This document shows positions 27,056-36,361 of a DNA stretch of 64,000 nt, piece after piece. The notes beneath the pieces are model-generated. The model had not been told where the DNA came from. It saw only the letters and a program-made list of their open reading frames with translations, and did no database searches. Positions within the stretch are counted from its first letter, which is position 1; each line of letters opens with the position of its first letter. Both the position numbers and the translations under genes were made by a program. This DNA is from a virus, in IMG/VR virus record IMGVR_UViG_3300037262_000003, positions 1-64,000 of that record. One strand, written 5' to 3'.

Positions 27056-27990
27056 TACTTCCTCCCAGTTGTTCGTGCAGTGCGCTTCCGCACTACGGGA
27101 ACCTCCTTACGATCGTTGTAAGGCTTGCAGTTCTCGCAGGTACCAGGGAAGCGGCACTGAGGTTCTTCCCCTCGTTCCACAGCATACTTGATCGCAACGG
27201 CCTGGTCAACCAGTCTCATGCTGCGGTCTTCGCTGTATTCGATCGTGAAATTCTTGACCTGCTGGTTCCACTTGCACTCGTAGATGAACTCGGCGCTAGT
27301 GAAGGGCAGGCCCCTAGTCTGGCAGATCCAGAGGTAGATGTCAACCTGGTTGACATGCGTCTTGAACGGCCTGGTGATGCCCGACCACATCTTTTGCAGG
27401 TCACCATCTGCCGCGTCAAAGATATCCCAGGCTTCGATGCGAACGGAGCCCGTGCCCACTGACTTGATCTCAGCCAGGGTAGTCCACGCGGCACCGTCAG
27501 CGTGCCCGGCAAGGAGCGCCTCCTCCTCGGCGTTGAGCTGGACCTCCATGTACTCCCAGATGTGGTTGCCGTGCCCTAGATCGCATCCTTCCAGGACATC
27601 ATCTCCCCGATGACGCCATCCCTCGGGTTCTAGGCAGGCTCGCGCCACGTGGTCGCAGATCAGGCACTTCCAGTCACCCCAGAGAGGTGTGGCCGTACGG
27701 AATCTCTGCTGCCACTTGGCGTGAATCGCATGACCCTCATCGAATATGTTCTCAGTCGAGAAGTTGAAGTTCTTACCCTCAATCAGGATAGGACCCTCTG
27801 TGATGCGGAGATACACGGCCCGAGGACAGAACGTCTTCTGATGTGACAACTCAGACGGATGGATTATGTCCCAACGACGGTCTGACTCAACCATGTACTG
27901 CTTGAGCATGTCTTCCTTAACAGCAGGGAGCAGCACGCCCGGAGTCTTCTTGGCTCTAGTTCTCTCGGCTAGTCCAGATGATAGCTTCAC
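27055..27990 (-). CDS. Cas4-like PD-(D/E)XK exonuclease
   Basis: HPSE...CPR, G..IH, GHADG, EIKS, Q..IY, C-terminal C...C..C. Confidence 0.8.
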   Translation of the reverse strand: MKLSSGLAERTRAKKTPGVLLPAVKEDMLKQYMVESDRRWDIIHPSELSHQKTFCPRAVYLRITEGPILIEGKNFNFSTENIFDEGHAIHAKWQQRFRTATPLWGDWKCLICDHVARACLEPEGWRHRGDDVLEGCDLGHGNHIWEYMEVQLNAEEEALLAGHADGAAWTTLAEIKSVGTGSVRIEAWDIFDAADGDLQKMWSGITRPFKTHVNQVDIYLWICQTRGLPFTSAEFIYECKWNQQVKNFTIEYSEDRSMRLVDQAVAIKYAVERGEEPQCRFPGTCENCKPYNDRKEVPVVRKRTARTTGRK

Positions 27991-28205
27991 TTGATGCTCA
28001 AATCTATGTACTCCACCGGAGCGGAGACCGCGAACCGGATATCAAGGTTGTTCTTCTCGAAGACAACCGCGACATCCTGCACATCAGCAGGATCAATGCC
28101 ACCGTGGGCAGTCAGGCACATCTGGACGGCGTAAACAACCTCACCGTCGTTCAGCAACCCGTACGTGTGCTTACGTACCTCTGATGTGATCTCGTCAATC
28201 GTCAT
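27987..28205 (-). CDS. Hypothetical protein
   Basis: Coupled ORF. Confidence 0.6.
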   Translation of the reverse strand: MTIDEITSEVRKHTYGLLNDGEVVYAVQMCLTAHGGIDPADVQDVAVVFEKNNLDIRFAVSAPVEYIDLSIK

Positions 28206-28608
28206 CTTCTTCCTCCAACTCTCGCCTTGAGATCTTGCCCGCTAGAATGTGCTCCTGCAAGGCATCCTGTAGTTCATCATGGAACATCCAGACCCACTCT
28301 TCGCGTGGTCCGAGCAGTCTGGCATTCCAACGCCAGATCCTGCGCATTATCTTACGATCTTGCTCAGTCATGCCGCCCCAGACACCGAACTTCTCGTTGT
28401 TATACAGTGCGAATTCCAGGCACTGCTGTCGCAAAGGGCAGACGAAGCCGTCTATCTCACCGTTGCAGACATCTAGTGCAGGCTCGGGCTCAAGATCATC
28501 GAACCAAGGATCATAGACCTCTTCTTCACCTGGCTCACGATGAGGGGCAGAGCCTAGGCAGTTGGCTCTTTCCCAATCGGGCGCGTTACCTCTCAAATGC
28601 AATACCAT
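28195..28608 (-). CDS. whiB: WhiB-family transcription factor
   Basis: W..A.C...C...CPLRQQCLEFAL...GVWGG.TE.DR. Confidence 0.9.
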   Translation of the reverse strand: MVLHLRGNAPDWERANCLGSAPHREPGEEEVYDPWFDDLEPEPALDVCNGEIDGFVCPLRQQCLEFALYNNEKFGVWGGMTEQDRKIMRRIWRWNARLLGPREEWVWMFHDELQDALQEHILAGKISRRELEEEDDD

Positions 28609-29080
28609 TGCCGCTCAATTCCAGTTGCTCAAAATAGTCAGCGACCATACGTAGCTCACCAACAGTTGCGTTGTTCTTTATTAGATTTGCCCTGTAACTA
28701 ATCCAATGAATGTTTCCCTTTGTATATCCAAGTTCAGGACGAATCTTGTCAAGTGAAGGAGACGCAGCAGTATGCCCACCCATTCCCTTCGCCATTGCTA
28801 TTCCAAGCACAGGGCAAACACGAGGGATAGGTAGAATGTCCTCTAGTGTGAGGTCAAAGTCCAAGCCCTCGGTCTTTGCTCTATTCTTGGCTGCTGCCAA
28901 CGCCCTGTTAGCAGGATGTGTACGTGTGTGCTCCTTGCTACGATCCTTTCCACACTGGACACACGCACCACTCTTGACGTATCGACGTGTGTGCCCCGCG
29001 TTACGGCAGGGTGTTCCTTCGTACGTGTTAGCGGGATCAGCCTTGTACATCTCCCACCAACTCAATGAAGTCATTCTCAT
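28586..29080 (-). CDS. HNH-type homing endonuclease
   Basis: CPVLG...SPSLDKI.PELGY..GN..W.S..AN..K; visibly lower GC than neighbours. Confidence 0.8.
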   Translation of the reverse strand: MRMTSLSWWEMYKADPANTYEGTPCRNAGHTRRYVKSGACVQCGKDRSKEHTRTHPANRALAAAKNRAKTEGLDFDLTLEDILPIPRVCPVLGIAMAKGMGGHTAASPSLDKIRPELGYTKGNIHWISYRANLIKNNATVGELRMVADYFEQLELSGNGIAFER

Positions 29081-29363
29081 CTAGAACAATGAAACGTCTA
29101 GGCAACTTGCCTACGCCCTGATCGTAGCTGACAATGAATGCCATACGCCTGCCATCAGCAAGAGCATGTCGTTCGGCTGTCCGTAGTTCTTCCAAGGACA
29201 ATGCGTACGACTTGCGCGTCGTGAACTTGACTTCGAAAGAGAAGTCATCGTTCCTGACGTCATTCTTGACGTCACCTGAGCCAGAGGCTGGAGTGCCACG
29301 GCCACCATGGTTGGCAGCCGTGACCTTCTCCTGCTTGACCGCTATCCTATGAGCACGATCCAT
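29037..29363 (-). CDS. PD-(D/E)XK Holliday junction resolvase-like protein
   Basis: QE...A...GG..TP.SG....DV......E.K. Confidence 0.75.
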   Translation of the reverse strand: MDRAHRIAVKQEKVTAANHGGRGTPASGSGDVKNDVRNDDFSFEVKFTTRKSYALSLEELRTAERHALADGRRMAFIVSYDQGVGKLPRRFIVLDENDFIELVGDVQG

Positions 29364-30243
29364 TAGCTAGTGTGCCATTGCCCACTAGACACGGGCAAGA
29401 ACTCTCCTGTCACCTCAGTCCATCCATCGGTGGCTTCCGCATTCGTGGCCTCGATCTTAGTGACCCTGCCCTTCGAGTACTTGAACCCTTTCTGCACTAC
29501 GGCCCGGAAGTTACAGAACTCCACGGCACCGTGCTCGTACGTGACCTTGAATACTCTGGTGTCAGCCATTTAGAGCCCTCTCGATAGCACGAGCGTCGAG
29601 ATAGTCCGAGATGTTCTGACGCTGCTGTCGAATGCGACGGCGCTTAGCAGAAGAACTCATCTTGGGCTGGCGTCCTGCCCGGTGCTTGGACACGTGGACC
29701 TGGCTGACGGGGGTGATGTTCTCAAGCTGAGACAGGAACCACTCGTCGTAGGGAATGCCAGCCGGGGGCTCGTTCATTCCCTTGGTCGTGGTGTCAGCAG
29801 CCGGGTCAGGGTTGTTCATCCTAGAAGTCACCGTTCAGGAGCTTGTCGATCTTGAGTTCGCCACCCGCTACATGATGCACGGGCTCGGACTTGGCCGCAG
29901 CGGAAGTCAGACGCTCCTCTTGGGTCTCCCAGTGCTTGACGATCTCACCCTGTAGGTCAGGGTTGCCGTCAATGATGGCCTTGATCTCAGTGTATGAATC
30001 GTAGATCTTGATCCAGTCCTCACGAGAGATGGGCTGGAAAGTCTTCTCAGACTCAACAAGCATTGACTGCATCAAGAACTCGCCCGGCATCAGGTGAGCA
30101 TCATGGCCCAGCATCTCGAGGACTTCAACCAGGGCTTCGGCAGCACCAGCGGTGACTTCCTTGAGCACGACACTCAGCGCTTCGAGAACCGGGTCTGCGT
30201 TCTTGATGGCTGACCTCACCGTTTCGGCATTGATCTCTGACAT
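29363..30243 (-). other. Three hypothetical ORFs (29363-29569, 29562-29831, 29821-30243)
   Basis: Coupled ORFs between recA and the resolvase. Confidence 0.65.
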
Positions 30244-30246
30244 TTG

Positions 30247-31302
30247 TTAAGCCTCCATTGAGTCTAGTGATTCCATAGCTGTTGCGGTACTCAGAACGTC
30301 CCGCCTCAGTGCCTCTTGCAACAGACTATCTGAACGCAGCGCGGATGTCAAGCCTTCCTTGCCCATCCACTGTTGTCCTGCGTACCTGTAGTAGGCACCT
30401 GCCCGAGTGATAAGCCCGAGGGACATACCGATGTCCGTGTATTCCTTTGCCACATCGTAGTCCCCGCGCTTGAAGCCCATCGAAGGTGCGTCTGCGAAGT
30501 ACGCATCCACTGTGGCGATCTGCTGAGGCGCAGCACTCTTGTTCTTTATGGTCTTGAGCTTGATCGTCTGGCCGACCTTGACTTCTCCCTGGCCCGGACG
30601 CTTCTCGGAGATGAAGTCTCCGTCACGTGACAACTCCTCGCGAATGTAGAAGAAGTAGTCCTTGCCCTTACCACCGGGAGTGATCTTGGGGGTACCGAAG
30701 CGAGAAAAGCCGCCTATCTGATCGCGCCACTGATTGATGAAGATCCCAAAGAACGGACGATCACTACCGTCAATTGCTCTAGCACTCGCAGGGCCTACCT
30801 TTCGGATAAACTTGTTGAGTACCTTGGCACCTGACGCCACTACGAACTCGTCCATGCCCTTCTCTGCCTCATCTGAGGGTACGAGAGCTGGGTAACTGTC
30901 GAGTGTTACGTTGTCGAACTCCTGGCATTCTATGCCGTCGATCATGGTCTCCAGTGCGTGCTCCATGACCTGTGTGCGGACTAGAGTCACGCGGTTGAGA
31001 TCCACACCGAGAGCTTCTGCCTGGTCCTTGTCGAAGTGCTCTCCAGCCACCCAGAGTGCGGAAAAGTCTGGGTCCAGCCTCTGGTTCGCTGCAATGCACT
31101 TGAACGTCGTGAATGTCTTGCCCGCTGATGACGGGCCGATGACCTCAACGAAATGGTTGGCTGGATATCCCCCACCCAGGGCTGCGTCGAATGCGAATGA
31201 GCCCGAGGTATACAGTCGGGCAGTGACTAGCTCTGAGGCTGGCACCACGACCTGTGAGCCCAGCTTCTTGTTCATTCGCGTTGCAAAGTCTACAGTAGAC
31301 AT
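30247..31302 (-). CDS. recA: RecA/UvsX-like recombinase
   Basis: SGS..FD.ALGGG.P, GPSSAGKT, LDS..AL, INQ.R..IG, TPGG, KNK. Confidence 0.92.
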   Translation of the reverse strand: MSTVDFATRMNKKLGSQVVVPASELVTARLYTSGSFAFDAALGGGYPANHFVEVIGPSSAGKTFTTFKCIAANQRLDPDFSALWVAGEHFDKDQAEALGVDLNRVTLVRTQVMEHALETMIDGIECQEFDNVTLDSYPALVPSDEAEKGMDEFVVASGAKVLNKFIRKVGPASARAIDGSDRPFFGIFINQWRDQIGGFSRFGTPKITPGGKGKDYFFYIREELSRDGDFISEKRPGQGEVKVGQTIKLKTIKNKSAAPQQIATVDAYFADAPSMGFKRGDYDVAKEYTDIGMSLGLITRAGAYYRYAGQQWMGKEGLTSALRSDSLLQEALRRDVLSTATAMESLDSMEA

Positions 31303-31355
31303 GAAAAACCTCCTTGCTTTATTATCTCAGCAAGGAGGTCCATTGTCAAGCAATG

Positions 31356-31434
31356 TGCCAGCAGTAGGAGTCGAACCTACTATGTCCGAAGACGGCGGCT
31401 TTACAGGCCGCGTGCATACCTGATGCTTACTGAC
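31356..31434 (-). tRNA. tRNA-Tyr(GTA)
   Basis: GCGGC-CTGTAAA-GCCGC anticodon arm, variable arm GTC-TTCG-GAC, T-arm GTAGG-TTCGACT-CCTAC; short D-loop; no CCA. Confidence 0.85.
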
Positions 31435-31497
31435 ATGAACTCAGGCGCTTATGCGGCTTATCCAGACGACTGGACCTGAGCAGACATTTCTGTCTCG

Positions 31498-31570
31498 GGT
31501 GAAAGACGGGAGTTGAACCCGCTAAGGATGGATTCACAGTCCATCGCCTAACCGTTTGGCTTCAGTCACC
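31498..31570 (-). tRNA. tRNA-His(GTG)
   Basis: ATGGA-CTGTGAA-TCCAT arm, G-1/C73, T-arm GCGGG-TTCAACT-CCCGT; two acceptor mismatches; no CCA. Confidence 0.85.
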
Positions 31571-31623
31571 ATATAGGCCCGGTTTTAACGGGCTCTTGCT
31601 CTTACTGTGTTGTGTATGACTCC

Positions 31624-31652
31624 ATAGTACATCATGGAGTCGTCACTGTCAA
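31624..31652 (-). promoter_or_regulatory. SigA-like promoter TTGACA-N17-TACTAT for the tRNA pair
   Basis: -10 overlaps the loop of inverted repeat 31616-31643. Confidence 0.8.
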
Positions 31653-32170
31653 GCTCGTGGTGCGTAGCTCCTGGGTACCCCGCTGAACCTCATGAACATT
31701 GACCCACCAGCTCCACCCGTGTCTATCTGACGAGTGTGGATAGAACCAGAGCCAGAACCGCCTCCCACGGCAGGTTCAGGGCTACGAGCACTGTTACCGC
31801 AGTTGAAACACTTGTTCGTAGGCATCGTGACACCCGCGACACGAGTCCCGGCAAGGATGAAGTTACCTGACCCGCACTGATCGCAGACAGCCCGGTACTT
31901 GGCCTTTGTAGCGAGGTCGTACTCTGCAATTGCCTCAGCCTCCTCTGAACTGATCTGCTCATGCCCGCGCTTGCGGATCTGCTGTAGCTGCTGCTGGCTA
32001 GGACCCTGTTGCTGCTGCTGACCATAGCCCGTGACCTGGCTCCCCGGCTGCTGCGGCTGGTAGACCTGCTGAGGTTCGTCCTGCCACCATGCCTTGCCTG
32101 CCACCGGAGCTGTGGGCTGTGCCGCTGGTGCTCCCGATGTCGGAGTGAATACGTTGTCCCAGAATGCCAT
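31649..32170 (-). CDS. Q-rich zinc-ribbon protein
   Basis: CDQC...CFNC. Confidence 0.75.
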   Translation of the reverse strand: MAFWDNVFTPTSGAPAAQPTAPVAGKAWWQDEPQQVYQPQQPGSQVTGYGQQQQQGPSQQQLQQIRKRGHEQISSEEAEAIAEYDLATKAKYRAVCDQCGSGNFILAGTRVAGVTMPTNKCFNCGNSARSPEPAVGGGSGSGSIHTRQIDTGGAGGSMFMRFSGVPRSYAPRA

Positions 32171-32172
32171 TG

Positions 32173-32598
32173 CTATTCCTTGAATACGAGTATGCCCGAG
32201 GCTAGAAGGTGTGAGACTATGCCGTGGACTGCTGTTACGATTACGTTGGTGGTCTGCCTGACTAGCGTGTTGCGGAGGAAGTCAGTGGGAATTCCGTCAT
32301 CATCATCGTCATCGTCATCGATGACATCCTCTGCCTGCATGAGGAAATATTCAGCGATAGCCTCCGCTGAATAGCTCGACATCACACCGAGGGTTTCCGA
32401 GAGAGGCTTCATTGAACTGATACGAGTGTCGCTTTCCTTGCGTTCCATCTCAAGGACGTCAAGACTGGAGGGTACAAGGCCCAGTCGCTCCTGCATCTCT
32501 AGAAGCTGCTCGTCTGTCGCACTGTAAGGCAGTACGTCAATGATAACCCGACGAAGCAACGACGGTCGAGGGTCTTGTGTCTCCATATTAACCTCCAA
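32173..32598 (-). CDS. Hypothetical protein
   Basis: ORF following polA; start probably ATG 32586. Confidence 0.75.
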   Translation of the reverse strand: MEVNMETQDPRPSLLRRVIIDVLPYSATDEQLLEMQERLGLVPSSLDVLEMERKESDTRISSMKPLSETLGVMSSYSAEAIAEYFLMQAEDVIDDDDDDDDGIPTDFLRNTLVRQTTNVIVTAVHGIVSHLLASGILVFKE

Positions 32599-34714
32599 TA
32601 AGACGAAGGGGCAGGAACCGAAGTCCCTGCCCCTTAGTGTACATGACTAACTTGGCATCTGACCAGCGATCACACACATGGAGATCGATCTTCAAGGGCA
32701 AAGCAACGTAGTCCTGAATCCCTTCGCCCGTCATAGCCCACTCTAGGAGGGCCTGAGCTTCGGGAACATCAGCCTCGGGGCACTCGATCACGATTTCATC
32801 GTGGACCGTAAGGTTGATCGTCCAGTACTCCTTCTTCTTACTATAGAACCTCACCATTGCCATCTTTGTCAAGTCAGCAGACGATCCCTGGATCTTAGCG
32901 TTGAAGATCTGACGCTCAGCCCTGTTCCGAATCTTCTGATCACCAGACATAAGCTCTGGCAGACGACGCATCCTTCCCAGGATGGTTGACGTGTGAGGTG
33001 GCTTGCCCGTCTTCCTCATTGAATGACGTCGGGCCTCACGGAGAACCTTTTCCTTCTCGGCCTCGATCTCCGGGGTGTTCCTGTCGTACCTGTCCTTGAA
33101 CTCCTGAGCCTCATCCATAGACACGGACATCATAGAAGCTAGCTTCTTGATCCACGCGCCGTAGACTGTGGCGAAGTTGATGGACTTGCCGAAACGCTGA
33201 CGGTGATTCTTGGCTTCCTTGTCCCCGGCATCCACTAGAGCTTGCAGTTCTTCCGGTACCAGCCCGAGAGCCATGGCTGCGGTCAATGTGTGAGGGTCGA
33301 TTCCGTTGAGGAACCCGTCCCACATTGCACCATAGCCTATGAAGTGGGCCAGCAGGACCAGCTCGATCTGCCCGTAGTCAGCCACGATCAGCTTGTTACC
33401 TGGTCGGGCAACGAACAGACCACGGATCATCGTAGCCAGGTCATTAGGATCACCGGTCGGACGGGGGATGTTCTGGAGGTTCGGATTTCTACAGCTCATT
33501 CTACCAGTTACTGTGCCGTACTGCACGAAGTCAGGGTAGACGATGCCATCGAACACACGGCATGGCTTTTCCTTGTCGTCTGGGTCACCGAGGTACCCCA
33601 GGACGTACGTGCTGTAGACCTTGTTCGTCTCCCTGTACTCCAAGAGCTTGTCAATGACAGGGTTCTCACCTCTGAAACCTTCTAGGCTCTCGTCATCCGT
33701 TGAGTAGAACGAATGGTCCGGAACGATCTTTACCTTGGCCTTGCGAGCAGCCTCAACCTTCTTCCTCCCAGTCGTGGTCATCTTCCAGGGCCTGAGTCCC
33801 AGGCCGCCGTCCTTCTCGGACTTGAACAGGAGACCCTGGATCTGCTGCGAGCTGCGGAGGTTGACCTTACGTCCAGCCTCATGATAGAACGCCCGCTCTC
33901 TCTGATCAACAAGAACAGACAGTTCCCCGCGTAGCTCCTCCAGCCTCACCGTGTCCATGGCAGTCCCAGTCGTGCGCATGTCAGCCAGGACAGTAGTCAG
34001 CCTGACCTCCCACTCCCAGACTTCCTCAAGTCCGTCAGCGATAAGCAACGGCAGACATCTCTTGTACTCCTGCCATCCGTACACAAGGTCGTAGTGAAGA
34101 TACTGCGCGACCTGGTTCATCCTGTAACGCTCGACGGTCTTGCCAATGCCCGAGTCGTCATAGATAAACCCGTACTTGTTCTTGGTCACAGGCTTGAGAC
34201 CGTACTGCATCTGGTTCTCGTCTGTCAGATGGTGCATCTCTATGGTGCAGACCAGACGACCCTCAGGAACAAGGGGCTTGCCCGAGAACGGAGACGGGCG
34301 GTACTTGGCGACTGACGCACCGTCGAACGTGGCACCGTGAGCGATCTGTGTGATCGCAGAGTCAGCGAACAAAGGATTGATCAGATCAAAGACTTGCTGC
34401 TGATTCATATGCGCCGGGGGCTGTGAGTAGATAGGAACTTTGTAGTTCCTGATCTTACCGTCCTGGCAGAGGCGAGGCTCGATGCCCTCACCGATGATCT
34501 CGTTGCCGATCGGGTGACCCATTGGGATCTTGATGACACGCCCGTGGGTTGCCATTCCCATCCATATAACAGAGTTCCTGGCGGGGACACCGCGATCGTC
34601 TAGGCCCGGCTCAGACGGGATAGACTCCACGTCAAAGAAAAAGATTCCTTGTTCAGCAATATATTCCACCTCCTCCTTCAACCTCTCGGGTGTCAAGATG
34701 ATACTTGAATCCAT
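32588..34714 (-). CDS. polA: Family A DNA polymerase with 3'-5' exonuclease
   Basis: FDVES, H...FD, Y...D exonuclease motifs; TGRMS..PNLQNIP, ADYGQIE, K.INF...YG, VHDE. Confidence 0.95.
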   Translation of the reverse strand: MDSSIILTPERLKEEVEYIAEQGIFFFDVESIPSEPGLDDRGVPARNSVIWMGMATHGRVIKIPMGHPIGNEIIGEGIEPRLCQDGKIRNYKVPIYSQPPAHMNQQQVFDLINPLFADSAITQIAHGATFDGASVAKYRPSPFSGKPLVPEGRLVCTIEMHHLTDENQMQYGLKPVTKNKYGFIYDDSGIGKTVERYRMNQVAQYLHYDLVYGWQEYKRCLPLLIADGLEEVWEWEVRLTTVLADMRTTGTAMDTVRLEELRGELSVLVDQRERAFYHEAGRKVNLRSSQQIQGLLFKSEKDGGLGLRPWKMTTTGRKKVEAARKAKVKIVPDHSFYSTDDESLEGFRGENPVIDKLLEYRETNKVYSTYVLGYLGDPDDKEKPCRVFDGIVYPDFVQYGTVTGRMSCRNPNLQNIPRPTGDPNDLATMIRGLFVARPGNKLIVADYGQIELVLLAHFIGYGAMWDGFLNGIDPHTLTAAMALGLVPEELQALVDAGDKEAKNHRQRFGKSINFATVYGAWIKKLASMMSVSMDEAQEFKDRYDRNTPEIEAEKEKVLREARRHSMRKTGKPPHTSTILGRMRRLPELMSGDQKIRNRAERQIFNAKIQGSSADLTKMAMVRFYSKKKEYWTINLTVHDEIVIECPEADVPEAQALLEWAMTGEGIQDYVALPLKIDLHVCDRWSDAKLVMYTKGQGLRFLPLRLIGG

Positions 34715-34731
34715 GTTTACCTCCCTAAATG

Positions 34732-34771
34732 CAGTAGCACCACCCTAGCATGAGGGTGGTGCTACTGTCAA
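34732..34771 (-). promoter_or_regulatory. Overlapping 15-bp hairpin and promoter TTGACA-N18-TAGGGT upstream of polA
   Basis: Perfect arms 34732-34746/34753-34767 directly after the SSB stop. Confidence 0.75.
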
Positions 34772-34773
34772 TG

Positions 34774-35487
34774 TTAGCCTAGGGAGTCCACGAACTCCTG
34801 TAGCTCGGCGCGGGTCTTCATCTGGTTAAGGATGTACGTGTCGTCGTACGCACGGTGACGCAGGGCTTCACGCTGTGTGGCAGTGATCGGGCTGAGACCT
34901 TCCCACTCCGACGCCATGTCATCTTCGGACAGACGGTCCACGCTGTAGGAGAAGAAGCCGTTCTTGCCCTTCTCCTTGGAGATGACCCAGTACATGTTGT
35001 CATCCGAAAGGTGCTTGCCCTTTCCGACGAGCTTGTTGTACTCCTTCTGAATGGCAGAAGTCGGATCAGGAGTTGCCTCCCAGACGAGAACCTTGCTCGG
35101 GGCAGAGACATCCACGACGTTGAAGTACGCGGTAGGCTTGGCCCTGTCACCGATCTCGCAGAGCGGGCAGTCATCCTCGTCCTCAAGGCAGTACTCCACC
35201 TTGGTTACCTGAACGGGCTTGCCCGTGGCCTCATCCACAGACATGTACTTGATCCAGTGACGCTTGGCATAGGAGAAGTTCTCCGGGTCAAGGAAGACCA
35301 GGACCGCTGACGAACCCTCAAGCTGGAAGGTGGTCTTGTTGAGGTTGTTATATCCCCCGAAGCCACGACGTGACGTACGCGCAGTGCGTGTGCCCGTGAC
35401 GGTGGTTCCCTCTGATGCTCCGGTGTCGAATGATTCGCTCACTGTGTCGCTCTCTTCTCTTGTCGCTGTGTTACGCGCTGTTCTCAT
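34774..35487 (-). CDS. Single-stranded DNA-binding protein (gp32-like)
   Basis: HW...C...CPLC, YFNV, W; position in the replication module. Confidence 0.65.
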   Translation of the reverse strand: MRTARNTATREESDTVSESFDTGASEGTTVTGTRTARTSRRGFGGYNNLNKTTFQLEGSSAVLVFLDPENFSYAKRHWIKYMSVDEATGKPVQVTKVEYCLEDEDDCPLCEIGDRAKPTAYFNVVDVSAPSKVLVWEATPDPTSAIQKEYNKLVGKGKHLSDDNMYWVISKEKGKNGFFSYSVDRLSEDDMASEWEGLSPITATQREALRHRAYDDTYILNQMKTRAELQEFVDSLG

Positions 35488-35510
35488 GTGTGTTTGACCT
35501 TTCCTCTATT

Positions 35511-35942
35511 TTACCGTATTCCCTGGCGTCTTAGTTCAAGGAAGAGTTCGGTGACCCTCCTGGTGAACCCCGTCTTGGAGATCGAGATCCTCGTACTTGG
35601 GTACAGTACACCCTCTTCGTGTGCGATGTCAAGCAGTCCTTCGACCTGACGACGAGTGTAGTACCTGCGCCTGCCACGAACGTCACCGTTCTTGCCCGGC
35701 ACGTAGTAGCCCGACTTGGGGAGGATGCCGTCAGACTCCCAGCCTCGTATCGTAACAGCCTTACGGTGTCCGAGCAAGTCTGCGAGCTGACCGGTCGTGA
35801 AACACTCTACCTCATACCCCGAGATGGTGAGGATGCGGCCCGAAGGCCATTCGATCTCATCCTCTGGCTCTGGGTCAGGCTTGCGTACCTCGGGCTTCAT
35901 CTTGGAGCCTGGGTAGTACTCGATGATGTTGTCTAGGATCAT
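35511..35942 (-). CDS. MerR-like HTH DNA-binding protein
   Basis: FTTGQLA..LG....TIR.WE..G.LP...R.YT..QV. Confidence 0.8.
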   Translation of the reverse strand: MILDNIIEYYPGSKMKPEVRKPDPEPEDEIEWPSGRILTISGYEVECFTTGQLADLLGHRKAVTIRGWESDGILPKSGYYVPGKNGDVRGRRRYYTRRQVEGLLDIAHEEGVLYPSTRISISKTGFTRRVTELFLELRRQGIR

Positions 35943-36361
35943 GACTTCACCGGCACGATGGCAAAGGTCTCGACCTCTGTGATGAGGGAATCGAGCTGTG
36001 CGTCAGTGATCTTGCCCTGCTGGTTGAGCGCGTAGAGCTTGTCCTCATCGAACTGTCGGACTTCCTTGACAGGGAAGACCTCATCGTAAAGATTCAGTTC
36101 CTTGGACAGGGATTCAGTGGCGTCAAGGTCAATGCTTGACGAGATCCTGCGCTGAGCGCAGATCGCCTTGTAGGTCTTGCCTTCTACTGTGAGTTCTTCC
36201 TCGAAGTCAAGCCAGCGATGCCCGTTCTCGTCCTCCCGCCCGTCCTCCATGAGGATCTCACGCAGGAGATTCCTGTAACTATCACGACTCTTACCCGTGC
36301 GTTCCTGTTCAGCACGGTTGAACAAGAAACCGTGAATCATCTGGTTCACCGCGCTGTTCAT
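35939..36361 (-). CDS. Hypothetical protein
   Basis: Coupled ORF. Confidence 0.75.
   Translation of the reverse strand: MNSAVNQMIHGFLFNRAEQERTGKSRDSYRNLLREILMEDGREDENGHRWLDFEEELTVEGKTYKAICAQRRISSSIDLDATESLSKELNLYDEVFPVKEVRQFDEDKLYALNQQGKITDAQLDSLITEVETFAIVPVKS

Noticed and set aside
27055-27990. Cas4 as part of a CRISPR system
   Set aside because: Solo Cas4-like nucleases are common in phage recombination modules; no cas1/cas2 or array seen.
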